Below, piece by piece: positions 10,823-20,661 of a stretch of 64,000 nt of DNA. The DNA comes from Pseudomonadota bacterium (GTDB lineage: Bacteria > Pseudomonadota > Gammaproteobacteria > Ga0077536), in NCBI GenBank assembly GCA_036158955.1, contig JAYYFI010000016.1, forward strand, positions 13,569 through 77,568, in the 5' to 3' direction. Every line of letters begins with the position of its first letter. Within the stretch, counting starts at the first letter, position 1. Under the pieces are notes generated by a model, which saw only the letters and a program-made list of their open reading frames with translations, did not search any database and had not been told where the DNA came from. Made by a program: the position numbers and the translations under genes.

Positions 10823-12031
10823 TTACCCTAGGGTTGACGAATTTATCTCACTGTGTATGAAATTAATCAGTTGATTGGCCACATTATATTTATCGTCCTT
10901 CTCAATGAATAACTTATTTTTTTTAGACATGACCAGCAACTCATTATATTGTGAATTAAATCCAGAATTATATGATGACACATTGTTTGCCGCTAAAACA
11001 TCACATCCTTTTTCACACAATTTCTTCAATCCATTTTTTTCAAGTTCATTTGTTTCTGCTGCAAAGCCAACGACAAAAGGCCGGCTGTGTAATTTGCAAA
11101 GTTCGGCCAAGATATCTTTATTTTGAACTAATTCAAAAGTTAAGTTTTTGGCTTGTTTCTTTATCTTTTCTTTTGAATAATTCATTGGTTTATAGTCACA
11201 CACAGCCGCAACACAAAATACTATATCAATTACTCTATTATTTATTTGCTCAAAAGTTTTTTCAAACATTTGATCTGCAGTCTCTATATTTATTATTTCA
11301 CAATCAGTAGGTGGTTTTATTACAGTTGGACCTGAAATTAAAGTTACGTTTGCACCAATCTCGGCGGACCTACGAGCAATTTCGTAACCCATCGTACCAG
11401 AGCTATGGTTAGAGATAAATCGCACCGGATCAATAGGTTCGATTGTTGGTCCTGCTGTAATTAGTATGTTTTTACCTTGCCAAATTCCTTTTTTTAATAT
11501 TTTATACACTACGTTTGGGAAAGTCTCAGGGTCCGACATCCTACCTTGGCCAACATCGCCGCAAGCCAACTCTCCAACGGTGGGTCCATGAAATGAGAAA
11601 TCGCGGGACTTAAGCATTTCGATATTTTCCTGAGTGATGGGATTTTTCCACATTTGAACATTCATAGCAGGAGCAACTAAAATATTTTTTTCGGTCGCAA
11701 GACACACACTCGTTGCTAGATCTTCTGCCCGCCCCATAGCTAAATTAGAAATAAAATTAGCGGTTGCAGGGGCTATAACGATAGCATCCGCCCATTTAGC
11801 CAGCTCGATGTGGCCCATGCCGGAACTAAGCTCATCGTTGAAAAGGTCTGTATGAACAAAGTTACCAGATACAGCCTGTAGCGTGAGTGCCGTGGTAAAC
11901 TCAGCTGAAGCTTTAGTCATTATCACCTTTACTTCCGCCCCAGCCTGCTTAAAAACCCGAACAACTTCCGGGGATTTATAAGCGGCAATTCCTCCTGCTA
12001 CTATTACAATTATTTTTTTATTTGATAACAT
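10823..12031 (-). CDS. coaBC: Bifunctional phosphopantothenoylcysteine decarboxylase/ligase
   Basis: GGIAAYK, HIELAKWAD, PAMN, TAGPTIEPIDPVRFISNHSSG, GFAAET. Confidence 0.96.
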   Translation of the reverse strand: MLSNKKIIVIVAGGIAAYKSPEVVRVFKQAGAEVKVIMTKASAEFTTALTLQAVSGNFVHTDLFNDELSSGMGHIELAKWADAIVIAPATANFISNLAMGRAEDLATSVCLATEKNILVAPAMNVQMWKNPITQENIEMLKSRDFSFHGPTVGELACGDVGQGRMSDPETFPNVVYKILKKGIWQGKNILITAGPTIEPIDPVRFISNHSSGTMGYEIARRSAEIGANVTLISGPTVIKPPTDCEIINIETADQMFEKTFEQINNRVIDIVFCVAAVCDYKPMNYSKEKIKKQAKNLTFELVQNKDILAELCKLHSRPFVVGFAAETNELEKNGLKKLCEKGCDVLAANNVSSYNSGFNSQYNELLVMSKKNKLFIEKDDKYNVANQLINFIHSEINSSTLG

Positions 12032-12174
12032 TTTCGTTAGTAAAACTTAATTTTAATAAATACTAACATTTATATGCACGAAAAAATATTTTTTAAGGTT
12101 TCATTACTTCATTTCGGTTGTATCATAAATGGAAAAATGCGAAAATACTTTTCGGTTATTTTAAAGGAAAATTC

Positions 12175-12396
12175 ATGGCTAAAATCTGTCAAGTTACTGG
12201 GAAGAAACCAATGTCTGGAAATAATGTCTCCCATGCCCATAATAAGACGAGGAGAAGATTTTTACCCAACCTTCAAACCAAAAAATTTTGGGTTGAAAGT
12301 GAAAATAAATGGGTTCGCCTTAGAGTAAGCGCGAAAGGTTTGAGAATAATTGATAAAAATGGCATTGATTCAGTTCTAAAAGAACTAAAGGCGTAG
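12175..12396 (+). CDS. rpmB: 50S ribosomal protein L28
   Basis: [33 protein letters not shown]; AAGGA RBS before ATG 12175. Confidence 0.97.
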   Translation: MAKICQVTGKKPMSGNNVSHAHNKTRRRFLPNLQTKKFWVESENKWVRLRVSAKGLRIIDKNGIDSVLKELKA

Positions 12397-12402
12397 CATT
12401 AC

Positions 12403-12561
12403 ATGCAAGAGAAAATAAAGATGGTTTCAACTGCAGGCACCGGGCATTATTACACAACTACTAAAAATAAAAGAACCCATCCAGAAAAAATGGAGATGAA
12501 AAAGTACGACCCAGTGATCAAAAAACACGTCAATTATAAAGAATCAAAAATAAAATCCTAG
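12403..12561 (+). CDS. rpmG: 50S ribosomal protein L33 (zinc-free type)
   Basis: Hand translation [52 protein letters not shown]; not in the ORF track. Confidence 0.97.
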   Translation: MQEKIKMVSTAGTGHYYTTTKNKRTHPEKMEMKKYDPVIKKHVNYKESKIKS

Positions 12562-12572
12562 CCGAACTCTTC

Positions 12573-13385
12573 ATGCCTGAATTGCCGGAAGTTGAAACGA
12601 CTGTAAACGCAATTTCTGGGAATCTGAAAAAACGAAAAATAAAATCTCTAAAGGTATATCAGCCTAGACTAAGATATCCTTTCAAAAACTCTTGGGTAAA
12701 AGAAGTTATTGGTCAGAGAATAACAAAGGTCAAAAGAAGAGGAAAATATATAATCATCGAGCTCCGAACTGGTGCCTTGATTATTCATTTGGGTATGACC
12801 GGTAAGTTGTTCTTCTCAAAACCTAATGCACCTTTAAAAAAACATGATCATTTTGATCTTAATGTTGGGCAGTTCAATCTAAGATACAATGATCCAAGAA
12901 GATTTGGTTGCCTTATCTGGACTGAATCAGACCCCCTAAATCATAAACTGATTACGAAACTAGGTAAGGAACCTTTTAGCGATAGCTTTACAGGGACATA
13001 TCTATATGAAAGACGCAAAAGTCATCATACAGCAATTAAGAATTTCATTATGAACAGTAAAATTGTCGTAGGAGTAGGAAACATCTATGCAAATGAAGCT
13101 TTATTTCTAGCTGGTATTAATCCAAAAACCAAAGCCAATAATATCAGCTTAATACGTTTTGACAAACTTGTGCTTTGTATCAGAAACGTTCTTTCCGAAG
13201 CTATAACAGCGGGAGGAACAACATTACAAGATTATTTCTCTCCCACCGGTGAACCAGGATATTTTAAAACTAAGTTATATGTATACGGACGAGAAAATAA
13301 ATGCTGTAGGAATTGCCACACAGTCATAAAGAAAGCAGTGATAGGACAACGTTCGTCTTTTTACTGCTCCCGTTGTCAAACCTGA
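12573..13385 (+). CDS. mutM: Formamidopyrimidine-DNA glycosylase
   Basis: MPELPEVET, HLGMTG, DPRRFG, GVGNIYANE, C-terminal zinc finger. Confidence 0.97.
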   Translation: MPELPEVETTVNAISGNLKKRKIKSLKVYQPRLRYPFKNSWVKEVIGQRITKVKRRGKYIIIELRTGALIIHLGMTGKLFFSKPNAPLKKHDHFDLNVGQFNLRYNDPRRFGCLIWTESDPLNHKLITKLGKEPFSDSFTGTYLYERRKSHHTAIKNFIMNSKIVVGVGNIYANEALFLAGINPKTKANNISLIRFDKLVLCIRNVLSEAITAGGTTLQDYFSPTGEPGYFKTKLYVYGRENKCCRNCHTVIKKAVIGQRSSFYCSRCQT

Positions 13386-13387
13386 AT

Positions 13388-15049
13388 TTATTCCAACAGT
13401 ATTGCAGAACCCTCGCCTCTTGGATCACTTGCAACCCAAATTTTTCCACTTTTTTTCTCCAAAAGTATAGCTTGCATATTCCCATAAGACCGGTTCAGTT
13501 CTTTTAGCTTATGGCCTTTTTTTGATAGCTGTCTCTTTAATTTAGAATTGAAAGCACCTTTTTCGAGTTGAACAATATTAGGTAGGAACTGGTGGTGATA
13601 TCTTGGTACGGAAACCCAAGAATCAGGCTTTAAACCTTTACGATACTCTAGTATAGCAAGTAAAACCATTGATATAATCCTACTTCCACCTGGGGTGCCT
13701 AAAATTGCTTTGCTTAGTTTGTCCTCTACTATAGTCGGAGTCATACTAGATAATGGCCGTTTTCCGGGCTCTATAAAATTTGGTTTGAGCCCTTGCAATC
13801 CATAAGCATTAGGTGTTCCGGCATCAACAGAAAAATCATCCATTTCATTATTAAGCAAAACGCCTGTGTTACCAGCGATGAAACATGAGCCAAACGGGTA
13901 GTTAATGCTTAGAGTTACAGACGCAATATTTCCCGCAGCATCTATAATAGAGAAATGTGTTGTCTGTTCTCCTTTCGCTCTGCGTTGTTCTGACAAATTT
14001 TCGCTGGCTGATGCAACATCGAGTGAGATTTCTCGCCTTAACTTATTAATATAATCCGAGGACAACAATTTTTTTTGATCTATTTTATTAAAGTCTGGAT
14101 CACCAAGATATATAGCTCTATCTTTGTAACCCTTTTTCATAGCTTCTACTATAAGATGAACTCTGTCAGTTTTTTTGAAATTTGATAATTCATAGTTTTC
14201 TAGAATCTTAAGTGATTGGGCTAAAACGATACCCCCGGACGAAGGCGGCGGAGCAGACACTAAACGGAGCCCACCAATAGATTCAATAATTGGTATTCTT
14301 TCTTTTATAACGTAATTTTTAAGGTCGTTTTTACTCCAAATCCCACCATTTTTGTTCACGCTTCTTACCATTTCTTTTGCTATTTTTCCTGAGTAAAAGG
14401 ATGAGCTATCTCTCGAGATTGAAGATAAAGTACTAGCAAGGTCAGGTTGCTTTATCAAATGGTCAAGGGGTGGGACCTCTAATTTACTCAAAAATATATT
14501 TGATGCCTCTTTGTTATTTTTGAGACATTCCAATCTGTATCTAGCCATTCTTCTATAACGCTCCGATACTTTAAATCCGTCTTTAGCGATTCTTATAGAA
14601 TCGCGCATTGTTGTATCTAAATCTAATTTTCCATAACGTTTAGCAATATGACTCAGAGCTGCAGGAAGCCCTGGTATCGCAGCGGCCAACGGGCTATCTA
14701 GGGCTTTTACACGTGAATAATCCCCATTAGCATCGTCAAACATTTCTCCATTTGATAGTGCGGGTGCCATTTCTCTCGCGTCAATAAAAACGTATTTATC
14801 TACGTCAGCTAAATACAATAAAAAGAAACCACCACCTCCGATTCCTGAACCGAATGGTTCAACCACCGACAAAGTAGAGGCAACTGCAATAGCTGCATCA
14901 AACGAATTTCCCCCAATTTTCAATATATTGAGACCAGCGTCTGTAGCTTTTGGATGAGCAGAGGCCACACCCGCCTGATTCTGAGAATAACAAAGCCCTA
15001 CATTTCCTAATGATAAAACTGTTATTATAATTAAATATTTTTTAATCAT
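13388..15049 (-). CDS. ggt: Gamma-glutamyltranspeptidase
   Basis: Signal peptide, GIGGGGF, PPPSSGG, catalytic TTHFS, NNEMDDF, PLSSMTP, GTPGGSRI. Confidence 0.95.
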   Translation of the reverse strand: MIKKYLIIITVLSLGNVGLCYSQNQAGVASAHPKATDAGLNILKIGGNSFDAAIAVASTLSVVEPFGSGIGGGGFFLLYLADVDKYVFIDAREMAPALSNGEMFDDANGDYSRVKALDSPLAAAIPGLPAALSHIAKRYGKLDLDTTMRDSIRIAKDGFKVSERYRRMARYRLECLKNNKEASNIFLSKLEVPPLDHLIKQPDLASTLSSISRDSSSFYSGKIAKEMVRSVNKNGGIWSKNDLKNYVIKERIPIIESIGGLRLVSAPPPSSGGIVLAQSLKILENYELSNFKKTDRVHLIVEAMKKGYKDRAIYLGDPDFNKIDQKKLLSSDYINKLRREISLDVASASENLSEQRRAKGEQTTHFSIIDAAGNIASVTLSINYPFGSCFIAGNTGVLLNNEMDDFSVDAGTPNAYGLQGLKPNFIEPGKRPLSSMTPTIVEDKLSKAILGTPGGSRIISMVLLAILEYRKGLKPDSWVSVPRYHHQFLPNIVQLEKGAFNSKLKRQLSKKGHKLKELNRSYGNMQAILLEKKSGKIWVASDPRGEGSAILLE

Positions 15050-15296
15050 TCTGGTTATTGAGCGATAAAAACTTTTCGTACAAAGCTTCTTTAGACTCTA
15101 ATATTTCTGGGTCTTTTGGAATACAAGCCACAGGGCAAATATCCGCGCATTGTGGAGTATCAAAATGCCCAACACATTCGGTGCATAAAGTAGGGTTAAT
15201 ATAGAAACGGTCAGGTTTTTCGTAAATAGCTTGATTAGGACAAATTGGCTCGCATACATCGCAGTTTATACATTCATCTGTAATCATGAGGGCCAT
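15042..15296 (-). CDS. YfhL-family 2[4Fe-4S] ferredoxin
   Basis: CINCDVCEPICP and CTECVGHFDTPQCADICP. Confidence 0.93.
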   Translation of the reverse strand: MALMITDECINCDVCEPICPNQAIYEKPDRFYINPTLCTECVGHFDTPQCADICPVACIPKDPEILESKEALYEKFLSLNNQND

Positions 15297-15308
15297 CTTC
15301 AAGCATCC

Positions 15309-15821
15309 CTAGTCATTATCAAATCTGGCGCTAAACTTATCTTGGAGAGCTTTTTCTACTATTGGATCAACGAATGAGCCGACTTCACCATTATAGCGGG
15401 CAATTTCACGCACGAGAGAAGACGAAATATAAGTATACTTCTCAGAAGTTGGCAGAAACATCGTCTCAACATTTGAAAGAAGCTGTCTATTCATCCCAGC
15501 CAATTGAAACTCATACTCGAAGTCACTGACTGCTCTTAAACCACGTAAAACAACCGAAGCATTACTAGCACGGGCAAAGTCAACCATCAGTCCACTAAAT
15601 GTCGCAACTTTTACATTAGATATTCCTTTTAAAACTGATTCAGCTAAATCAATCCTCTCTGATAAATTAAAAGCCGTTGATTTGGTGGTACTTTCGGCGA
15701 TACCCAAAATCAATTTATCAAATAACGGCGCGGCACGCGTGACGACATCGACATGGCCATTCGTAATTGGGTCAAAAGTACCAGGATATATTGCGATCTT
15801 TTCATTATTTAGAGAATTCAT
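15309..15821 (-). CDS. coaD: Pantetheine-phosphate adenylyltransferase
   Basis: YPGTFDPITNGH, RGLRAVSDFEYE, ISSSLVRE. Confidence 0.97.
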   Translation of the reverse strand: MNSLNNEKIAIYPGTFDPITNGHVDVVTRAAPLFDKLILGIAESTTKSTAFNLSERIDLAESVLKGISNVKVATFSGLMVDFARASNASVVLRGLRAVSDFEYEFQLAGMNRQLLSNVETMFLPTSEKYTYISSSLVREIARYNGEVGSFVDPIVEKALQDKFSARFDND

Positions 15822-15825
15822 TTTA

Positions 15826-16371
15826 TTAGTTGGCTCTTTCTAATAACATAAAGTCAACATTTTGACTATTCGATTTTTTCAATACCGTCCAACCCTCAGG
15901 TGAACTTAAACCCCTCTCCCCTTCGATATAGATTAAAGAATCATCTTTTAGGGTTTTTTTTTCCATAATTTTCAGTGAATCTTCCAGCAAGTTTGTTCCA
16001 AAAGGAGGATCTAGGAAAACTATATCGAATAACTCATCATTATTCACCAAAAATTTCATGGCATCACTCCTAATTACTTCCACGTTCAAGCAAGTGAATA
16101 ATTTACTTTTTTCTTTAATTTCCCTACAAATGACAGGATTACTATCAACAAACACGCAACTATTAGCACCTCTAGAAACACATTCAAAACCAATGGCTCC
16201 GGTTCCCGCAAACAGGTCGAGACAGTTTTTACCGAAAATCAAGTTTTGCAACCAGTTAAATACTGTCTCTCGAGTTCTGGATCCAGTTGGCCTCACCCCA
16301 GGCTGGTCGAGCACCTTCAATCTTCTACCTTTGAGAGTCCCGCTAATTATTCTGATTTCCTTATCTCTCAT
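15826..16371 (-). CDS. rsmD: 16S rRNA m2G966 methyltransferase
   Basis: IRIISG, RPT..R.RE..FNWL, LDLFAGTGA, FLDPPF. Confidence 0.95.
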   Translation of the reverse strand: MRDKEIRIISGTLKGRRLKVLDQPGVRPTGSRTRETVFNWLQNLIFGKNCLDLFAGTGAIGFECVSRGANSCVFVDSNPVICREIKEKSKLFTCLNVEVIRSDAMKFLVNNDELFDIVFLDPPFGTNLLEDSLKIMEKKTLKDDSLIYIEGERGLSSPEGWTVLKKSNSQNVDFMLLERAN

Positions 16372-16380
16372 GTTATATAG

Positions 16381-17667
16381 TTATTGCTTTCTGCCCACCA
16401 TTACAACCGTAAAGTCTTTTGTCATTCTTCTTTGAAATGCATCACTAACATCTGTGATCGATACCTCCTCCACTTTGCTCGAAAACGTATCTAGGTAGTT
16501 AAGTGGGAGCTGGTAAAATCCAATCATCGAAATATAACCTATCAATTTCTGATTGCTATCAATTTGATTGACAAAACCACTTATAAGATTTTTCTTGGCC
16601 AAATTAAATGATTCGACCGATGGGCCCTTTTCTATAAAGTTCCTAAGTACTCTCATGGACTCTTCTAGTGCTATGTTTTGTTGCTTGCCACTGGTCTGTA
16701 ACCCTAAAACAAAAGGTCCCACAATCTCCGTTGGGATAAAATAGCTATAAACGGAATATGAAAGACCCCTTTTATTCCTTATCTCCTCAAATAATAATGA
16801 GACAAGAGAGCCTCCACCTAATATATGATTACCAACTATCATAGGAAAATAATCCTTATCATTTCTACTTATTCCTAAGGATCCGATTCTCAAATGAGTC
16901 TGGTCTGAATTTGTTTCAATATGTACTTTTGAAGAAGTAAAACTATTAAATTCCGGTATTTTTGGTGCCTTTTTACCTTGCGGCAATGATGAGGAAATCT
17001 TTTCCGCTAAATTTTTAGCTTGCACCTCGGTTAGATCTCCGACAATTGCTATAGTTGCGTTTTTAGCCACGTAATAGGATCTATGAAATTCCAACAATTG
17101 TGAGGGAGTAATACTGGAAATTGAAGATTTCTTTCCTCCTGGATAATTGGAGTAAGGATGACCTTTATATATCTCAGACCAAATGGCTTCCTGAGCTATC
17201 TGACTCGGAGATTCGTCCTTTAGTGATAAATCTATCAACATATCTCCAATTACTTTATCTACCTCTGACTTACTATAAACTGGGGAACTTACTGCTCTAA
17301 TCAACAAGTCTACAGCGGGATCAAAATATTTGAAGTCTGTTAGAGTACGCATATTTATAAAAGCCATTTCTCTCATGGAACCAACATATAACTGCGCTCC
17401 TGTTTCAGATAATTTGTCTTTAAATTGTTTAGAACTCAAATCGCCTGAACCTTCTAGAAGTAGCTTATTCGCCATCCTAGATAAACCGTATTTTTTTCCG
17501 TCTCTCGTACTTCCGGCGGAAAAAACTAATCTGATATCAGCCATCGGTATTTCTGGTGTATTATAGTACATGACCATTGAGCCTTGGTCAGTTTTCCAAG
17601 ATTTTATCTCTAGACTACTGACAGAACAGGAATAAAGTAAAAATAAAATGAAAGGTGCTAGACGCAT
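16381..17667 (-). CDS. M16 peptidase, non-catalytic partner subunit
   Basis: M16 fold features (ILGGG..SLLF.EIR..RGLSY) but no HXXEH; paired with the upstream M16 gene. Confidence 0.85.
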   Translation of the reverse strand: MRLAPFILFLLYSCSVSSLEIKSWKTDQGSMVMYYNTPEIPMADIRLVFSAGSTRDGKKYGLSRMANKLLLEGSGDLSSKQFKDKLSETGAQLYVGSMREMAFINMRTLTDFKYFDPAVDLLIRAVSSPVYSKSEVDKVIGDMLIDLSLKDESPSQIAQEAIWSEIYKGHPYSNYPGGKKSSISSITPSQLLEFHRSYYVAKNATIAIVGDLTEVQAKNLAEKISSSLPQGKKAPKIPEFNSFTSSKVHIETNSDQTHLRIGSLGISRNDKDYFPMIVGNHILGGGSLVSLLFEEIRNKRGLSYSVYSYFIPTEIVGPFVLGLQTSGKQQNIALEESMRVLRNFIEKGPSVESFNLAKKNLISGFVNQIDSNQKLIGYISMIGFYQLPLNYLDTFSSKVEEVSITDVSDAFQRRMTKDFTVVMVGRKQ

Positions 17668-17668
17668 A

Positions 17669-19057
17669 TTAATTTCCTTTTGGCTTGAGCATAACGGTAG
17701 TAACAGAACCCTCGTCTAAATATTTCTTTGCCACATAGGAAACTCTATCAGGGGTTATTTGATTTATTTTTTTAAAATATCCATCATTCAAACGCCAATC
17801 TAACCCTACCGCATCCAAACTACCTAATATAATTCCCTGGTAAGCAACTGAATCTTTTTGGTAAACAGAGTTGGCAAGGGTTTGTGCGATTACTTTACTT
17901 AATTCTGCTTCATCTGGCGGGACTCTTTTGATTTTTTCTATTTCATCGATTAGGCCGACTCTTAGTTCATCCAATTCCACGCCGCTTTTAGGCGTTGCGG
18001 AAAGTGTAAATAAACTTGGTAACAATCTTGTCATTGAATATGAAGCAGAAGCGGAGGTGGCCAAACCTTTTTTCCTAATGATATTTGATTCTAACCTTGC
18101 GCCCTGATATCCATTGAGAATTGTTGCAAGGACATCTAAAGCATAAGGCTCCCATTCAGCAACCTTTTCTTCAATTGCTTCCTGCACAAGTCCAGGTACC
18201 ATGTACCCCATTATTAGGTAGGGTGTTTTAGCTTTTTCCGTAACGATCGTAAAATCATTTTGGGCTGGTCTATCTTTTATTTCCATTTTAGGTATAAAAG
18301 TTGTTATCTCTTTGGCGGGAGGTATTGCATTAAAGTATTTTTTTACCAAAGCAAAAGTATCATCTGGGTCTACGTCTCCAACAATGACAATGGTCGCATT
18401 AGAGGGGTGATAATATTTTGAGTACCAATTCTTTAGGTCAGCAATTGAAATTGATGAAATATCCTCAACGGAGCCAATAATTGAACTTCCATAAGGGGTA
18501 CCCGCATAGGCGAGTTGTTGTAACTTTTCATAGGCCATTCCTTTGGGGGAGTCATCCACTCTTAAGGTTCTTTCTTCCAAAACCACTTGTCTTTCTTTTT
18601 CGACTGAAGCATCGGAAAAAAGTAAATTTGTCATTCTTTCGGCTTCAAGTCGAAGGCTCGTCTCTAAGTTGTCTTTGGCCCACTTCTGATAGTAGCCCGT
18701 ATAGTCAAACGAGGTGAAGGCATTTTCACGTCCGCCACCTGAGGCAACGATTTTTGAAAATTCTCCATCCTTTAAATTCTTAGTACCTTTAAACATCAGA
18801 TGTTCTAAAAAGTGAGAAATACCAGTTAGGCCAGGGGGCTCATAAACTGATCCAACCCTGTACCATATTTGATTGATCACCACTGGGCTTCGCCTGTCTG
18901 GTTGCACGATTAACCTCAATCCATTGTTCAAACGATACTCTTTAGTAACTCCAGAACTACTGTCACCACACCCTGAAATAGATAATACTAAAGTTAATAA
19001 AATGCTAATTGTGGTTTTAAGATTTTTTCGTTTATTTACAGAAATTCGCTTCTTCAT
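17669..19057 (-). CDS. M16 zinc peptidase, catalytic subunit, predicted lipoprotein
   Basis: HFLEHLMFKG (HXXEH), NAFTS.D.T.Y, ERQVVLEER; lipobox-like LSISGC; ATG 19057 with AAGGT RBS. Confidence 0.9.
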   Translation of the reverse strand: MKKRISVNKRKNLKTTISILLTLVLSISGCGDSSSGVTKEYRLNNGLRLIVQPDRRSPVVINQIWYRVGSVYEPPGLTGISHFLEHLMFKGTKNLKDGEFSKIVASGGGRENAFTSFDYTGYYQKWAKDNLETSLRLEAERMTNLLFSDASVEKERQVVLEERTLRVDDSPKGMAYEKLQQLAYAGTPYGSSIIGSVEDISSISIADLKNWYSKYYHPSNATIVIVGDVDPDDTFALVKKYFNAIPPAKEITTFIPKMEIKDRPAQNDFTIVTEKAKTPYLIMGYMVPGLVQEAIEEKVAEWEPYALDVLATILNGYQGARLESNIIRKKGLATSASASYSMTRLLPSLFTLSATPKSGVELDELRVGLIDEIEKIKRVPPDEAELSKVIAQTLANSVYQKDSVAYQGIILGSLDAVGLDWRLNDGYFKKINQITPDRVSYVAKKYLDEGSVTTVMLKPKGN

Positions 19058-19147
19058 TATTAACCTTGAAATTTTTAAGACAAATGTTATCAAAAATATT
19101 AAACTTTGGAACAATATAATAACATACGTAAAAATGATGTGATTGGG

Positions 19148-19993
19148 ATGATTAAAAATCTATTAAGTTACTTCGAAAAAAAGAACTCGGTGGACAGCCA
19201 TGCCGTCGAAGAGATAGTCAGATTACTTATCAGAAACGATGTCGGCCCAAAGACAAGCCGCGCATTGGTAGAGAGCATTACAGATTCAAAATATAAGCCG
19301 ATTGACCGCCTTAAAGAAAATATTGTTGAACTTCTCCGATCAATTGACAGGAAACTTTCCTTGCCAAACGAAGGGGTCAGTACCGTGTTGATAGTGGGCG
19401 CTAATGGAGTTGGCAAAACCACAACTACCTCAAAACTAGCGATTCATTTGAAAAAAAACAAACAAGTTATGATAGTTGGAGCAGATGCTTTTAGAGCAGC
19501 TGCTCGAGAGCAGTTGATTAATTTACTCAAACCTTTTGGAATAAATGTATTTACGTCTTTTAAACACAGCGATCCATCAGCCATAGTGTACGAGGCACTC
19601 AAAAAAGCCAGTAATTGTGACACTAATTTATTGATAGTCGATACAGCTGGAAGACTTCACACTAACATCGGCCTAATGGCCGAACTTAAAAAAATCAAAA
19701 GTACTGTGCAAAATGTCTCAGCCGATAATGATCCAATCACGATTTTAGTACTTGATGGAACATCCGGTAGAAATGGAATTAGGCAAGTTACAGAGTTTAA
19801 TAAGGAGTTAGAGATTGATGGGTTAATAATAACCAAGCTCGATGGATCAGCAAAAGGTGGATTTATACTAGAAATAGCGCAAACGATAAAAAAGCCTATT
19901 TACTTTATAGGGAACGGTGAGAAGATAACGGACTTGAAACCTTTTGACGCTGAGGTGTTCGCGGAAGGCTTTTTAAAAGGTTCATTTGAATGA
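19148..19993 (+). CDS. ftsY: SRP receptor FtsY (NG domains only; start uncertain)
   Basis: GANGVGKTTT, DAFRAAA, DTAGR, TKLDGSAKGG; ftsYEX-rpoH synteny. Confidence 0.9.
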   Translation: MIKNLLSYFEKKNSVDSHAVEEIVRLLIRNDVGPKTSRALVESITDSKYKPIDRLKENIVELLRSIDRKLSLPNEGVSTVLIVGANGVGKTTTTSKLAIHLKKNKQVMIVGADAFRAAAREQLINLLKPFGINVFTSFKHSDPSAIVYEALKKASNCDTNLLIVDTAGRLHTNIGLMAELKKIKSTVQNVSADNDPITILVLDGTSGRNGIRQVTEFNKELEIDGLIITKLDGSAKGGFILEIAQTIKKPIYFIGNGEKITDLKPFDAEVFAEGFLKGSFE

Positions 19994-20649
19994 GAATTGA
20001 ATTTCTAAATTGCTCCGCAAAAAATAGAACAGGCTACACGACGCTCAATGGCATCAACCTTACCTTAAGGGAAGGTTCCTTTAATATAGTGTCAGGCGAT
20101 GATAAGTCTGGTAAGAGTTTGCTACTTTATTTAGCCTACGGTCTTATTAAAAGTACCGATGGTATGGTGCTCATTGATAAACAACCTCTTAAAAATTTTA
20201 ACAATAAGAGGCTTATTTCCCACCAGAGAGATATGGCGCTTATTACAAAAAACCCCGAACTGATCGATCGTCTCAATGTTTTCGATAATGTTTCTTTGCC
20301 ACTGCGAATTAGGGGCATTAGTCAGGATGAAATTAACCATAGAGCAAGGGCTGCATTAAAAGAACTGGATATCAAGCATCTTGAGTTCGCTAGTCCAAAA
20401 AATTTATCGACTGGGGTGCGACAGAGAATCTGTATTGCTCGTTTTGTGGCCCTTAGACCTAAAGTTTTGTTAATAAATGATATATTTTTTCATCTTAACT
20501 CAAAAGAGAAACAAATGATCGATCAGCTTTTGATTGGGCTAAATGAAGCCGGGGCTACCATCTTATTAGTAACGGACATTACTCGAATTCATCGAATAGA
20601 GGGTGCACGATTTCTCACACTTTGGAGGGGGGAGTTGTCTCCTAGCTAG
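19990..20649 (+). CDS. ftsE: Cell division ABC protein FtsE with degenerate catalytic motifs
   Basis: ABC-domain length, NVFDNVSLPLRIRG and LSTGVRQRICIAR align with FtsE; lies between ftsY and ftsX. Confidence 0.8.
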   Translation: MRIEFLNCSAKNRTGYTTLNGINLTLREGSFNIVSGDDKSGKSLLLYLAYGLIKSTDGMVLIDKQPLKNFNNKRLISHQRDMALITKNPELIDRLNVFDNVSLPLRIRGISQDEINHRARAALKELDIKHLEFASPKNLSTGVRQRICIARFVALRPKVLLINDIFFHLNSKEKQMIDQLLIGLNEAGATILLVTDITRIHRIEGARFLTLWRGELSPS

Positions 20650-20661
20650 TGCAATTTTCTT

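Noticed and set aside
12074-12328. 84-aa ORF and extended rpmB start at 12118
   Set aside because: This is an alternative frame or extension; canonical L28 starts at 12175 with an RBS.
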